Source of the DNA: the human T2T-CHM13v2.0 reference genome, Homo sapiens
Strand: one strand, 5' to 3'
Length of the DNA stretch: 64,000 nucleotides
Assembly (NCBI RefSeq): GCF_009914755.1
Contig: NC_060928.1
Made by a program: the position numbers and the translations under genes. Under the pieces are notes generated by a model that was not told the DNA's origin, made no database searches, and saw only the letters and a list, made by a program, of their open reading frames with translations. Shown one piece after another: positions 46,982 to 64,000 of this stretch; position 1 is the first letter of the stretch, and each line of letters opens with the position of its first letter.

Positions 46982-47224
46982 TGTGTTTAAAAGAATGTGA
47001 TGCCTCCTCCCCAGCCACTTGCTCCCTCTTGCTATGTGATACACCAGCTCTCCCTTTGCCTTCTACCATGATTGGGAAGCTTTGTGAGGCTCTCACCAGA
47101 AGCAGATGTCAGCACCATGTTCCCTGTACAGCCTGTAGAAACATAAGTCAAACTAAACCTCTTTTCTTTATAAATTACCCAGCCTCAGGTATTCCTTTAT
47201 AGTAATGTAAAATGGACTAACATA
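46982..47224 (+). mobile_element. MST-type LTR, 3' half only
   Basis: ...ccatgattgggaagc...aaacctcttttctttataaattacccagcctcaggtattcctttatag...ggactaacata; 5' half absent. Confidence 0.85.
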
Positions 47225-48789
47225 CTGGGGGAGCCACATTATCTTCTTCCAAAAGCTGTTTCCAGACCTCTCCTCAATCACCTCTTTTATCAGAACCCTG
47301 GCCCAGGGTGTGCACTGCCCACCACTTTGCCCTACATGGGATTCATGGACAGAGCCTCTTCTCATTCCTTCCCAGGGACAGCTAACACAAGACTATCATA
47401 TATGAAATAATTTTACTAAGGGTTTAGAGACAATAGAGAGGAATTCCAGCAGAGAGGAGAAAACAACACTGAGTCTGAAGCCTGCAAGCCATCTTCATAG
47501 GGAATCCCCTCTCGGTCAGCTCTCTTCTTGGTCCTGGCATGTCACTGTATTGCTATGATTCATTCCTCAGAATTGAATTCCTTCTCCTTTTTTTCTTACT
47601 TCCTCAGGACTCCATCCTCCTGGCTTTTCCTGTATTCTTCCTCAGTTGTTGAGGAAAAGCAGAATATTCCTTAGTTTTTCTTTTTAAACCCAAATTTCTG
47701 ATTCAGAAAGGTACTCTCCTACTTTATTAAGCAGGGTAATACATCTGTTTATTGACTATGTTTTATAACAAAAGTCTTTTTTAATGAAAAATCAGTTGTC
47801 TCTGTACTCCGGATAAATTCTACAGCCCGATAAAATAGTTTTTAAAATATAATATTTTTTAACCTACTCAAATAATTGCCTCTCAGTGTAACAAATACCA
47901 TGGTGGAGGTAAGTGCAAAGTGAAAGCTGTTAGAGCTGGAATATAGGGTCTGAGACCAGGCTGTAAACAGCTGGAGATGAGCCCCCAGCAAAGAGTTTCT
48001 GGATAATGTAATATGAATTTTGAAGGATAAGTAAGAGTCAACAAATAAAAAGAGAAGAGAATAGTGGAAGGGGTAAATATGGTGACTAAATGTGGAATAT
48101 GCTGGCTTTGAAAGACTATGGAATATTCAAGTGGAGTAAATGTCCAAATATCTATGATAATTGAAATCACGGGAAAGAGTAAGTTTAGCAAGAGTGAGAG
48201 GAAATAGGGCTAAAATGTGCACTGGAGAACTGAACAAAGCATAGGAAGAAGAGTGGCCATAACGGGTCCAGAGGAGGAATGGTGTTGGAGAAATGAGAAA
48301 TACCAGAGAAGGGAGGTGTTCCTAAAGTCACAGAAGGACAAGGAAAGAGGATTTTAAGAATGGAAAAACAGTCTTCAATACTGCAGAGAGATCAAGTAAG
48401 AATGATTAAGATCATCCATAGGGTTTAACACCAGCGATGTCATCCAGGCTCTTACATGATGAAGTTCTCCTAAGATGGGTCAGAGCTCGGCAGCCAGGTG
48501 CTCAAACTGAGATTTTTCTTCTCTTGAGACTCAGATTTCTGCTTACAATGTTGTATACTCAGACATTCATTCTGAAGTTCCATACCTGGTCATGGAAGAG
48601 CAATACATTTCTCTTTGAAGTTTCTTTCTTGAGCAATAGGACATCTATAGCACTGACTCCTGTTGCCTTTGTTATCTCACAACAATACGAGTGTCTCTCC
48701 ACCTAATAACTCCTTCCTAGTAGTCTAGTCCTCAGTTGTTTTCCCCTTTACCTTTATTAGGAACTTAACGGGAATAGGCAAGTCATAAA

Positions 48790-49357
48790 TGAAAATGCAT
48801 GTCCATTCCAGATCTATTAAAAATATAAGTCAAGTCACAATAGTTATTTGCTCAGAATCCTCTAATAGTTCCACATTGTACTAAGAAAATCAGCCAAGGG
48901 CCTACATGATCAGTCCTTCCTACCTCTTTGACCTTGTCTCCTTCAACTCTCCCCTTTAGTAATTCTGTCTTTTGGGCTGCTACTTCAACAAGTCAGACCT
49001 CAGGACCTTTTTGCTTTGATGCATCCTTCTGGAATACTCCTTTGCTATATAATTTCTTGGCTCATGTCTCTTTTAAGATCTTTACTCAAATGTCACCCTT
49101 TAAAGATAGCTCCCTTGACTAACCTAAATTGCAACCAGTCCGTAACAATCTTTTTCTTACTTCCCAGCTTTAATTTTTTCTGTAGTACTCATGACCATTT
49201 AACATACTATATACTCTTTATCTCACTAGATGTAAGCTCCAGGAGAGAAGGATTTTTGATTATCTTTTTATTTCTGGATCTTCAGAATCTATAATAATTC
49301 CTGGCAGAAAATAGACTCTAAATAAATATTTGTTGAATAAATGAATGAATGAATAAT
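48790..49357 (+). mobile_element. L2 3' end
   Basis: ctagatgtaagctccaggag...aataaatatttgttgaataaatgaatgaatgaa. Confidence 0.8.
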
Positions 49358-49914
49358 AAGCTGGTCACTCCTCTCCACCTGCTTGGTCATCCCTGCAGGT
49401 CTCCCAACCTGCTAATAACCCCTCTCCACCTAACTAGGGGCCTCTGTGGCCCTGGGGACCTACAGTCATCCTAAGACCATCTGACTAGTAGGGAATGGGA
49501 GAGTGGTAGTGGGGCATGAAAGGTGGGATGTAGGAGAGAACACAGAGGAAGATTTCAAAGTGGGAAGAGTTGGGGAGAGCTCAGTCAGGTTCTATTGGCT
49601 GCACAATTGGAGATTAAAGCAAGTAAACAAATATTTATTCATAGGTGTAAGCATTTGTTTCAAGAAGGGCAATTTGAAAGGTACGGAGGGCTCCGGTCCA
49701 GTAGAGTTGATACTGCAACTTTTCCTTCAGTTCCTTTGGCTCTGCTTTTACGCTTCACTTATCCTATTTTTCTTTCAAATTTCAAACTTTTCTTTAAAAA
49801 ATGCTACTGCCCTGTGTTGCCACTTTCTGCTGTCAGCTTGGTTGTTGAAGTAGAACATGCAGACAAACCACAGGAAGCTTTTCTTTTGTGCAAGTCAGAA
49901 GCTGAGATGAGTTT

Positions 49915-50246
49915 CTTTTTTTATTATTTTACTTTACATTCTGGGATACATGAGCAGAACATGCAGGTTTGTTACCTAGGTATACACATGCCACATGCCA
50001 TGGTGGTTTGCTGCACCCATCAACCCATCGTCTACATTAGATATTTCTCCTAATGCTATCCCTCCCCTAGACCCCCACCCTCGACAGGCCCCAGTGTATG
50101 ATGTTCCCCTCCCTGTGTCCATGTGTTGTCATTGTTCAAGTCCCACTTATGAGTGAGAACATGCGGTGTTTGATTTTCTGTTCCTGTGTTAGTTTGCTAA
50201 CAATGATGCTTTCCAGCTTCATTCATGTCCCTGCAAAGGACATGAA
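49915..50246 (-). mobile_element. Short 5'-truncated L1PA 3' end
   Basis: L1 3' UTR flanked by TSD ctgagatgagttt (49902-49914, 50247-50259). Confidence 0.92.
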
Positions 50247-51306
50247 CTGAGATGAGTTTATCTATCTATACTTTACATATGAGAGATCAGCAGGACATGG
50301 GTTTGAATACAGTGTTTTGAGTAAGAGTGTTTTTGAATTTTGTTACAAGGGCAACTGTTTCTAAAACAACATTTTGACCCAACTGAGCTGTGTTTTTTAA
50401 ATCCCTTCAGTGGAGTCTCTGTCTCTCTCTCTTTTTTTTTTTTTCTCTGAAAGCAGATATTGACTTTAGACAAAGACTCATTCTTCCCGAATACACACCA
50501 AAAAGGTGATCTGGCTGTTAAAACAGAACTGACAATTCTTCAGGCAGATATTTCAAGGCTAAGTGTTTTTCCCAAGGCTGAGTATTTGATTTAAAGCAAC
50601 AAAACAAGCTGGCAGTTACAGGCTGGACTTGAAACATTCTCAGTATCAGTGATGAAGTGCATCACGCGCTCTTGGGTTTTCTTCCCAAGGCATCTAAGAA
50701 GCAGCCAGATTTCCAGTTTGTGTGAACCAAATGACAGCCTAAGGAAGTGACGGCACTTACCCTCTTTTGCATCAGCAGTGGTCAGTGAGTAAAATGAAAT
50801 GAACCCCAAACTTCCGCTTAATGTTACCTTATCAACCAAATTGTTCTACCACGATACACTTAATTTCCTATTTTTCCTTTAAGAAAGGTGAAAAAAAAAC
50901 AAAGTCGATATATTGCTACATACATGAGCTTTGCTTTAAATTAAAACCCACTTCCTTCCCAGAGCCATGAGAGATGAAATCTGAGTTTATGTTCCCCCAA
51001 CAAATTGGAGGACACATTTATTTCAGAATTCAACAGAAGATAGGGAAAGACTAATAGGAAGAAAAAAAAGAAAGACTATTATAAATAATTTTACAGCAGA
51101 ACAAGAGATTTATGTCTTTTTCGATTGTACACAAGGTTGTTTCATAATCTCTTGTGAAAGATTAAAAACTGCTGAGCATACTAAGACACTTCTCTGTATT
51201 TATAACCCATTCTGAAATTGTGATTTAGAACCCTGGGCCCTAATTAGTTAAGTGATATTGACAGCAGATGTGATACTTATTGAAAAATGTAACCTTGGGT
51301 GAAAGG

Positions 51307-51366
51307 CTCTCTCTCTCTCTCTTTCTGTGTGGGGTGTGTGTGTGTGTGCGTGCATGCGCATGTATG
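51307..51366. repeat. Compound (CT)n/(TG)n microsatellite
   Basis: Direct reading. Confidence 0.85.
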
Positions 51367-51664
51367 TTGACCAAATAATTATAATATTTTACTACCTAGA
51401 CTCTTATTCAATTATGCAAGGTGTCATGCTTTCACATACATGGCTTACTGAAGGCAAGCCTCACAATAAGCCTATGAGGACGCGGGTGTTATTGTTTCTC
51501 TTTTGAAGAGAAGAGAGCTGAGTTTCTGAGAGGCTGAGAGTCACACAATTAGTAGGATAGGACAAGGTCACCTGAATGCAATGACCTTTTCACTGCCCCA
51601 TAAGATTTCACCTACCCATCCATCCACTCAGCATTAAATCAGAACTTCCTACATGTTATGAGTT

Positions 51665-53280
<1,616 letters not shown>

Positions 53281-54559
53281 ACATGGGTATTTATATATTT
53301 CATATAGTTTTTAGGATAACCCTGCAAAGTGCCCACTTTATGGGGGAAATAATTGAGGTAGAAATCATTTCATGAACTTGTCTAGGGTTTCTCGGTCAGT
53401 GCCAGGTGTCATATTGTCACTGTGGATTTCTGGTTCCAAAGCAAGTGTTCTTTCTACTACATCCTGCTGTCTGAACACATTTCTTAAAATATTTCTATCC
53501 TTTAAAAATAAAAGCAAAAAGAAAAAACGGAAAAACAATACAAGAAAAAAAAACCAAAAATCGTGATGAAGTTTTAGACAAACACAATTATAAGTAAAGG
53601 TACATTAAGCCATGTTTATAGTAGGACATCATAAAAATACAGCTTATGCGAAATTTTGACTGTTACATGATGAGTATAAGGTAGTTTTCACCTTTATTGT
53701 GCTACATTTAATGGTTCGTAAGATCCTCTTTCAGTGAGCTTCCCAATAATGTAGTCATTACTGCAAGTTAACATTTTCCTTGACTAAGAGGCAGAGGACT
53801 CCTTATGCACTGGAGTACCTGTGAGGTGTTTGGTGGAGAGGAGGTTATCTCATATTTCCAGGTCATACAGTAAAAAAAAAAGCGGGATGATTGAAATTCT
53901 ATGGAGCATACTTTATCTGATTCTTTAAAGTAAAATAAATGCTTTTGAATGATACAAAATCAGTTTTATATTCATTTAAAAGATGCTAAAGAACAAAAGA
54001 CCAAGTCTAATTACTTAGATACCTAAAGTTCTATATTTTTAACTTCATTTACTTCTGTAAAGACAAGTATTTGCATAGAAAAATTTCTCTACAGAAAATG
54101 CCAGTTTCCTGAAGGAGGAAATTGATTCCTGAAAGCATTAAAAAGGTGAATAGAGATGAGAAGGATTTTTAAGGACAGTAGGCCATAGAACTACATGGCA
54201 TCTCCAAGAGACCTCAAATTTCTTTTTGGGCTCCACAGCCTTTTCTTAGAGATCAGATCCTGCTCTCAAAGTTTTTTCTGAAACCCAAAGGAACCCCATC
54301 TCCTTGGGTCCAGAGTAGATAGGGTGAGTATACTTAACAATAATTTATTTTGTATATTTCAAAATAAATAACTATAAAAGTAGATTTGGAATGTTCTCAA
54401 CACAAAGAAATGATCATAAATGTTTGAGGTGATGAAAATCCTAATTACCAAGATTTGATCCTTACACATGGCATGCTTGATCAAAATATCGCATGTATCC
54501 CATAAATATGTACAACTGTCATGTACCTATGAAGATTAAAAACAAAAACAATGAATTGA

Positions 54560-55062
54560 CTGTATTAGTTTTTTTTGGTTGTTGCTATAACAAATTACCA
54601 TGAACTTAGTGGAATAAAACAAGAATTTATCTTAAATTTCTGGAGGTCAGAAGTCCAAAATGGGTCTCACTGGGCAAAAATAATTGTTGGTATGGCTGGG
54701 TTCTTTCTGGAGACTCCAGGGGAGGTTCTGTTTCTTGCCTTTTCCAAATTCTATAGGTCACTCACATTTCTTGGTTTATGGCCTCTTTCTCCATCTTCAC
54801 AGTCACAACATCAGACTGAGTCTTTTCATGATGTCATCTCTATGATTCTCTCCTTTGGCCTCCCTCTTCCACATTAGGGACCCTGTGGTTACATTGGGCC
54901 CACCTAGATAATCCAGGATAATCCCCCCTTCTCAAGGTCAGCTGATTAGCAACCTCAATTTCATCTTCAGCCTTACTTCCCCTCTGCCACGTAACAACAT
55001 ATTCACAGGTTCTGGGGGTTGGGATGCAGACCTCTTGGGGTGGGGCATTACTCTGCCTATCA
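54560..55062 (-). mobile_element. MLT1-type MaLR LTR
   Basis: tgtattagtt...gctataacaaattacca...tgggcccacc.agataatccaggataatc...ctgcctatca. Confidence 0.85.
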
Positions 55063-58000
55063 TATTGACTGAATGAACAAAATGGGAAAAATAAGCTTTG
55101 CCTAATCATCTATGTTTTTTTGATTCAAACAATGATTTTGAATTTGATAATGTACAAAGACCTAAAACTTCAAAGTAAACCAATGTACTGGAAGATTGTA
55201 TCCATCACTTTAAAAAGTTGATTAAATATCTCATGACTTTAAAAATAATAAATTACAATGATAATGGAAGATCAAAAACAATTGATTTCATAGACTATTT
55301 AGATCTTTATTCTGTAGAAATAGAACCAAGTACTTTTACCAGAAGAAAGAAACCCAGCTATGCAAAGGCTTGAAACCATTGTTTTTATTTTATAACTGGC
55401 CTGCTGATCATCATAAAATAATTAATATGGACTGAGGGAATGCCCCAAATCTCAAACATGTTATTTCCTATCAACTTTGGATAGAGATCCTCTGCCGGAG
55501 CAAGCCAAATGAACTACAGTGTTTCATCATTATTCTGCTGGGAATCATGCTTAAAGATCTATGCTAAAAGTTCATTTAAAAAAATTTCTGTGACATACAA
55601 CAATGAACGCTGTTCTTTCTACCAATAACCTCGTTGACTGACACTTTCATAATCAATATAAGCACTTAATTGATTATCCACCCCCATCCACCTAGAATCC
55701 ATTTCACCTGGCAAAGTAATCCAGTTTTTATACCTTTTTCCCATCAAAGCAATAAAACTCTACAGAAACACAAACTGTTTGACTCCAATCTGAAGGGCAT
55801 GTACAGTTACATACTGAGATTTCAAAAGAGTTACTAATAGCATCTAGAATATGACATTCTCTCATGTCAAAATGCACTTTGGACCAGTTTTCCCAAATCA
55901 CACCCACAAGACAGTTTTGCATCCTGATGCCTGCTACATCTACATGACAAAAATGACCAAATCAGGAAAAGTAATAATCTCATTTGGAATTTATAATCTC
56001 ACATTTCTTCTTCATTATAATCTCAGTCATGAGAGTTCTTATTTGTCAAGTTTTCTTTTGAGATAGCACTATTGTGGATGGCTTCCAAGTTTTAAGGCAC
56101 AGTTGAAAGCCACGCCCCTGAAAATAGATTTCTAATTCACATCATACTGCTGTATTTGTGGACACTTGTCATCTCATGTTCATGCAAGTATACATCAGAA
56201 AGCTGTCAATTCTGGCCAGTAATTTCTTATTTTCCACATTACTCTTTTTAGTCTAGTCTAAATTAGAGCTTCCCATGCCTCATCTTACTTCAATATTGAG
56301 AACCTATCCCCATTTTACAGGTAATGAAAATGAGGCTAAGCAAAGTGAATATACCTAAAGTCATACTGCTAGAAATGGCAGAGTGGGGATTCTCACAGGC
56401 TCTGAGGCATGCGTCCAAGCTACACCCACCACATGTGCTGCATCCTAGTGCATCTCTCAGGGAGGCTGGGACCAGGGGAAGCGAGGAAATAAGGTGATAG
56501 TTTTCCCAGGACCCCTGGCCTCTACTTGCTCTTTAAATCCTTCTTTAGAGGGTCACAATCCACACTTGGGAAAATGGTCTGAAGAATAAGTATTCATCTA
56601 GTAAGATTTATGCCCTGAAGTCTTCTCTGTATTTTATTAGTAGGAGAGCAAATAGGAGGCCTCTGATTAAGAGTTGGTCACACACAGTGCTCACTCTGTC
56701 ACAATATAGTGGAGTCCCACTCTCTGAAACATCTAAGCACTAATCTTGACTAAACGCAAACAATTGTTCAACATTCTATTATTTATATGTTTTTAAAACT
56801 TTTAATTGTGGTAAAGAACATATAAAATTTGCCTCATTAACCATTCTTAAGTGTACAGTAATCCCCATTTCTTCCTTCTCCCACCCCCCCGCAACAACCA
56901 TTCTACTTTCTATTTCTATGAAGGGGACTATTTTAGATCCCTCATATAAGTGGAATCATACAAATTCATTTCTTTTGTGATGGACTTACTTCACTTAGCA
57001 CAAGATCCTCAAGTTCATTCATGTTGTAACCTGAATGGTATCTCATATATACCAGCTTTTATCCATTTATCTATTGATGGGCACTTGGGTTGTTTCCGCC
57101 TCTTGGTTTTTGTGAATAATGCTGTTATGAACATGGGTGTACAATATCTTCTTGACACTCATATATCTAATAAGTAGTTAATACCCAGATTAGATGAAAA
57201 ACTCCAGTAACTCACAACAGCAAAAAAAAAAAAGCAATTAAATAATGGGAAAAGAACTTGAATAGAGATTTCTCCAAAGATGATATACCTATGGCCAAAA
57301 GTATATAAGAAGATGCTCAATATTGTTAATCATTAAGAAAATGCTGAGCAAAACCACAATGAGATATCACCTCACACCCATTAGAATTTCTATTAACATA
57401 AAAAAATCAGAAAATAACATGTGTGCTTATATATTTTAACATTCATTAGTTTTTCATTGGTTTGATACACTAAAATAAAGCATTCTATGAATTTATAATG
57501 CCATGCAAATAAAAATGTGCTCCAGTTATTGTTTGATGACCTCTGGTCATGGCTTCTCATTCACTGGGCAAGAGGAAGCCCAGAACCAATAACGGAAGCT
57601 CAACATAGTTCTGCAGCACCTTCACAAATTCTGTACTCAGCATGCTTGTCTTATTACTTTTCTGGTCTTTAGGTTGGAACCAGAAAGTAGTCTCACTCCT
57701 GGATTCTTTATGTCCTTGAAAGAGTTATTGACATATATGGTTTCCCTTTTTGGATTAGCATCATACTTCATAGAATCTTCTAGGCTTGTAGGATCTGTTT
57801 CTTAGTTTATAGTAAACAAAGGTCTACCTAGTTCATATTGTTCTTTTGTGAAAAGTAGAAAAAGGTGGCCTATTTGGAAAAACTCACCCTCATGGGCCAT
57901 GTCTTAGTAAGTAGAATGTGGGACTGAACTCAGCATCCACATACCCATTCACTCAGATGCTCTTTTGCAATGGTCAAGGAGAGTAATTTTAGACATTAAT

Positions 58001-58069
58001 TCCTCTTAGAAGATTTAAACAATGTAGTAGTTTGTAACATCACATAATTAGATCTCAAAACAAGCCTTC

Positions 58070-60390
58070 TGTATTAGTCCGTTCTCACATTGCTATAAAG
58101 ATCTACCTGAGACTGGGTAATTTATGAAGAAAAGAGGTTTAATTGACTCACAGTTCCACAGGCTGTACAGGAAGCATGGCTGAGAGGCCTCAGGAAACTT
58201 ACGATCATGGCAGAAGGTGAAGGGGAAGCAAATACATCTTACCATAGTGGAGCAGGAGAGAGAGAGAGTGAAGGGGAAAGTGCTACACACTTTTCAGCAA
58301 TCAGATCTCATGGGAACTCACTCACCATCATGAGAACCGCATGGGGAAAATCCACTCCCGTGATCCAATCACATCCCACCATGTCCCTCCCCCAAAACTT
58401 GGAACTACAAATTGGCTTGAGATTTGGGTAAGGACATAGAACCAAACTGTGTAATTCTGTCCCTGGCCCCACCTAAATCTCATGTTCTTCTCACATTTCA
58501 AAACAAAAGCAGCAAGACTTCTCAACAGTCCCCCAAGTCTTAGCTCATTTGAGTGTTAACTCAAAAGACCAAGTCCAAAGGGTTATCTTAGACAAGGCAA
58601 ATCCCTTCTGCCTATGAGCTTGTAAAATAAAAACAAGTTAGTTACTTCCAAAATACAATGGGAGTACAGGCATTGGGTAAATGCTCCCATTCCAAAAGGG
58701 AGAAATTGGACAAAACAAAGGGGTTACAGGCCCCACGCAAGTCCCAAACCCAGCAGGGCAGTCATAAATCTTAAAGCTCCAAAATAATCTCCTTTAACTC
58801 CATGTCTCACATCAAGGGCACACTCATGCAAGGGGTAGACTCCCAAAGCCTTGTGAAGCTCTGCCTTTATGGCTCTGCAGGGTACAGCCCCTGTGGCTGC
58901 TTTCACAGGCTGATGTTGACTGCCTGTAGCTTTTCCAGGAGCATGGTGTAAGCTGTCATTGGACCTACTATTCTGGGGTCTGGAGGACGGTGGCCTTCTT
59001 CTTACAGCTGCACTAGGGAGTGCCCCACTGGGGACTCTGTGTGGTGGCTCCAACCCCACATTTCTCCTCTGCACTGCCCCAGTAGAGTTTCTCCATGAGG
59101 AGAAGTCTGCCTGCAATAGGCGTTTTAATACATCCTCTGAAATCTAGGCCGAGGCTCCCAAACCTCAACTCTTCCCTTCTGTGTACCTGCAGGTTCAATA
59201 CCATGTGGAATCTGCCAAGGCTTGAGGCTTGCACCCTCTGAAGCAATGGCCCAAACTGTACCTTGGCCCCTTTTAGCCACAGCTGGAGCTGGAGTGGCTG
59301 GGATGCAGGGTTCCATAACCTGAGGCTGCACAGAGCAGCAGGACCCTAAGCCCTGCCCACAAAAGCATTTTTCCCTCCTAGGTCTCCAGGCCTGTGATGG
59401 GAGGGCTGCTGTGAAAGTCTCTGAACTGTCCTGGAGTGATTTTCCCCATTGTCTTGGCAATTAACATTCAGCTCCTCTTTATTTATGCAAATTTCTAAAG
59501 CCAGCTTGAATTTCTCCCCAGGATGGGTTTTTCTTTTCTACTACATATTCAGGCTACACATTTTTCAAACTTTTCCCATTTGCTTCCCTTTTAAACATTT
59601 GCTTATGCAAATGAGTGTAAGTTTTTAAAAGCAGCCAGGCTACATGTTGAATGCTCTTCTGCTTAGAAATTTCTTCCCCCAGATACACTAAATCATCTTT
59701 CTCAAATTCAAAGTTCCACAGATTGCTAGAGCAGGAACACAATACCACAAGTCTTTTTGCTAAAGCATAGCAAGACTGACCTTTACTCCAGTTCCCAATC
59801 AGTTCCTCATCTCCATCTGAAACTACCTCAGCCTGGACTTCACTGTCCATTTCACTATCAGCATTTTGGTCACAACCATTCAACAAGTCTCTAGGAAGTT
59901 CCAAACTTTTTTTCACCTTCCTGTGTACTTCTGATCCTTCCAATCTGTTCCAGCCTCTGCCCATTACCCAGTTCCAAAGTCATTTCCACAGTTTCAGGTA
60001 TCTTTATAGCAATGCCTCACTTCTTTGGTAACAATTATCTTTATTAGTATATTCTCACACTGCTATAAAGAACTACCTGAGACTGAGTAATTCCACAGGC
60101 TGTATAGGAAGCACAGCTGGGAGGCCTCAGGAAACTTAAAATCATGGTAGAAGACAAAGGGGAAGCAAGCACATCTTACCATGGCAGAGCAGGAGAGAGA
60201 GAGTGATGGGGAAAGTGCCACATATTTTTAAAAAAACAGATCTTGTGAGAGCTCATTCACTATCACAAGAACAGCAAGGAGAAAATCCACCCCCATGCTC
60301 CGATCACCTTCCACCTGGTCCCTCCACCATCATGGGGAATTACAATTTGACATGAGATTTGGGTGGGAGACATAGAGCCAAAGCATATTA
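58070..60390 (-). mobile_element. Complete MSTA-type MaLR element: LTR 58070-58454, internal 58455-60039, LTR 60040-60390
   Basis: Two homologous LTRs flanking MST-int; 5-bp TSD CCTTC at 58065-58069 and 60391-60395. Confidence 0.93.
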
Positions 60391-61815
60391 CCTTCTTTTA
60401 TGACTTGATTTTTATAAGTTTTTAACCCCTCATTTTCTTTTATGACTAGACTCCCTATGTGACTAATCTGAGCTACTTTTGTGCTGTGATGCCAGGAGGT
60501 GAATTTCTCAAAAGAAGCTGGCATCTCTGATTCAAAGAGCAACACAAGTGAGGAGGATTCCCAAAGGTCTAATTACATAGCATAGCATTTTAACTAATGG
60601 GGGCAACTGTTCATTTGCTATGGCCAGATTGCAATCTTTAGAAATCCTCTACTTGTTCAGAAAGCTTTTTCTTTCTCTGTATTTAAGTTTTGTGTGTATC
60701 CAAGATCTTTCTATTATTTATTCCTGTGTCCTTGGAGGACATGATATAGACTCCTTCCCTGCTGAGAGAATTAAATATTTGAAAGAACAAGTTAATGAAC
60801 ACATTCTTACATTGTGTTCAAGATATTACATGAAATGTAGGCCAAATAGATCTTGTTGACCATCTGACTCAATTTTATAAATGAAAAAAGTGTAGCCCTT
60901 GATATGAATGGATGGAATTGAATCTTTATGCTTTGGTTATTTTTAATCAACATTTTATCCTAAAAGGCCATTTCAGAACATATGTAAATGGATTAAAGAA
61001 ATTAAAGTTCAAAACCTTGACTTCTTTAGAATAAATTGTCAAATATACTATAATACTCAAGTATTGGGTGTATTTGAAATTAATTTGAAGATTCTAGGTC
61101 ACTCACTAAGAAAAAATAAAATGGTAACTTAAAATAGAAACTTTGAATCGGCAAAATTTATTTTTCTCTTCATATTTGCTATTTTAATCATTATTAAGAT
61201 TTTACTTATATCTAAAGATTTCTTTGTTTACAGTAATAATATCACATTAAGGAATATAGACCAAATAATAAAGCACATTCTTTAAATAACTCTATTGATT
61301 GCTACAACATACACTTTCAGTCTTTAAAGTATTGTTTCGTGCAATGAAATCACTTAATAGCTTCAGAGAATGAGATAAAGAAGTGCAGTTGTTTCTCTAA
61401 GGTAATTCAAGGTTGACTGTATAAAACAAGCAACGGTAGGTATAACAAATCTGTTTCTTTGAAGCAAGAGATGGTGTTAATGTTAAGACAGTCTAGGAAA
61501 CAGACAGACTCCTAGTTAGCATTGTAATTATGAGTTCTTAATATCACCTAAGATGCATAAGATCTCACCATCCCAAACAAAAAATAGGTATCGTTTCTAA
61601 TGTGTATTTTCTTCTCTTTATGCTACTTATCTTTTTACCCAATCAACAGTCTTATTTCATCATATATCAAATATAATTTTCCCATATTGTTGATTGCAGA
61701 CTATAAGTCAGATATTACTTTGAGGCTTTGGTTTTTACATCTTTGATAGAAGATATAATTTAACCTCAGTTTTACCTACTGGCTGGTGCCTGTCAACGTA
61801 TTGCTTAAAGAACAT

Positions 61816-63559
<1,744 letters not shown>

Positions 63560-64000
63560 AAAGAACATTTAGAAGTATAGGCTGGGTGATTATTGATCAT
63601 AGTCAGCAAACCACTGGCCTGAGGTACACCTAAATCAATCTTCACACTTTGTTGCTTAAATTGACTAACAACTCCACAAAAAATAGACTTATTTACAAAG
63701 GAAATGAGATCTCTTGCTCTAAAGTTTTAGATTAACCTTGAGATAGCTGTGCCTTTTTGTGTTAGAGCACAATTATTTTATAAAGATCATGAAATGGCTA
63801 CAATATGTGCTCTGAGAACTCAGCATTCAGAGATGGTACTGTGTGCTGTTTTGTGTAGGAGATATATGCTTCTAAAAACTCATAATGAAATAATGTATTC
63901 AGTGTAGGCATGACTTTTTCATAATTGATGTGGGTAGAGATGAGATTAATAAAAGAATAAAGCTTCCTAGAAATTTAACAGAGCTTGAATAATATTTAAA

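Noticed and set aside
58724-59964. ORFs of 110-136 aa
   Set aside because: Degenerate MST internal sequence.

Overview
Primate (human-type) genomic DNA from the glycophorin cluster. The window holds the whole GYPE gene on the minus strand. Three coding exons (34879-34843, 9729-9631, 6075-5975) splice to a 78-aa M-type glycophorin E. Two frame-intact pseudoexons are silenced by GT>AT donor changes. There is an erythroid GATA/E-box promoter and two candidate 3' ends, both associated with LTRs. About 3.3 kb upstream of the GYPE promoter lies a 3.5-kb, TSD-flanked retrocopy of SAV1 (Hippo pathway scaffold). It was copied not from full-length mRNA but from an RNA with exon 1 spliced to exon 2 and about 2.66 kb of apparent intron 2 ending at an intronic AATAAA. 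It keeps an open 184-aa ORF lacking the WW and SARAH domains, plus a CpG-rich, ETS-bearing 5' leader. Other notable structure: GYPE exon 2 and pseudoexon 3 are ancient tandem duplicates; intron 1 has a candidate recursive splice site; a 5'-inverted L1 reused an Alu's target site; there is a probable L1-associated deletion and a palindromic AT-rich minisatellite. The rest is interspersed repeat (L1, L2, Alu, MIR, MaLR LTRs, MER58). Reference comparisons (GYPA, GYPB, SAV1, repeat subfamilies) are from memory and were not computed.
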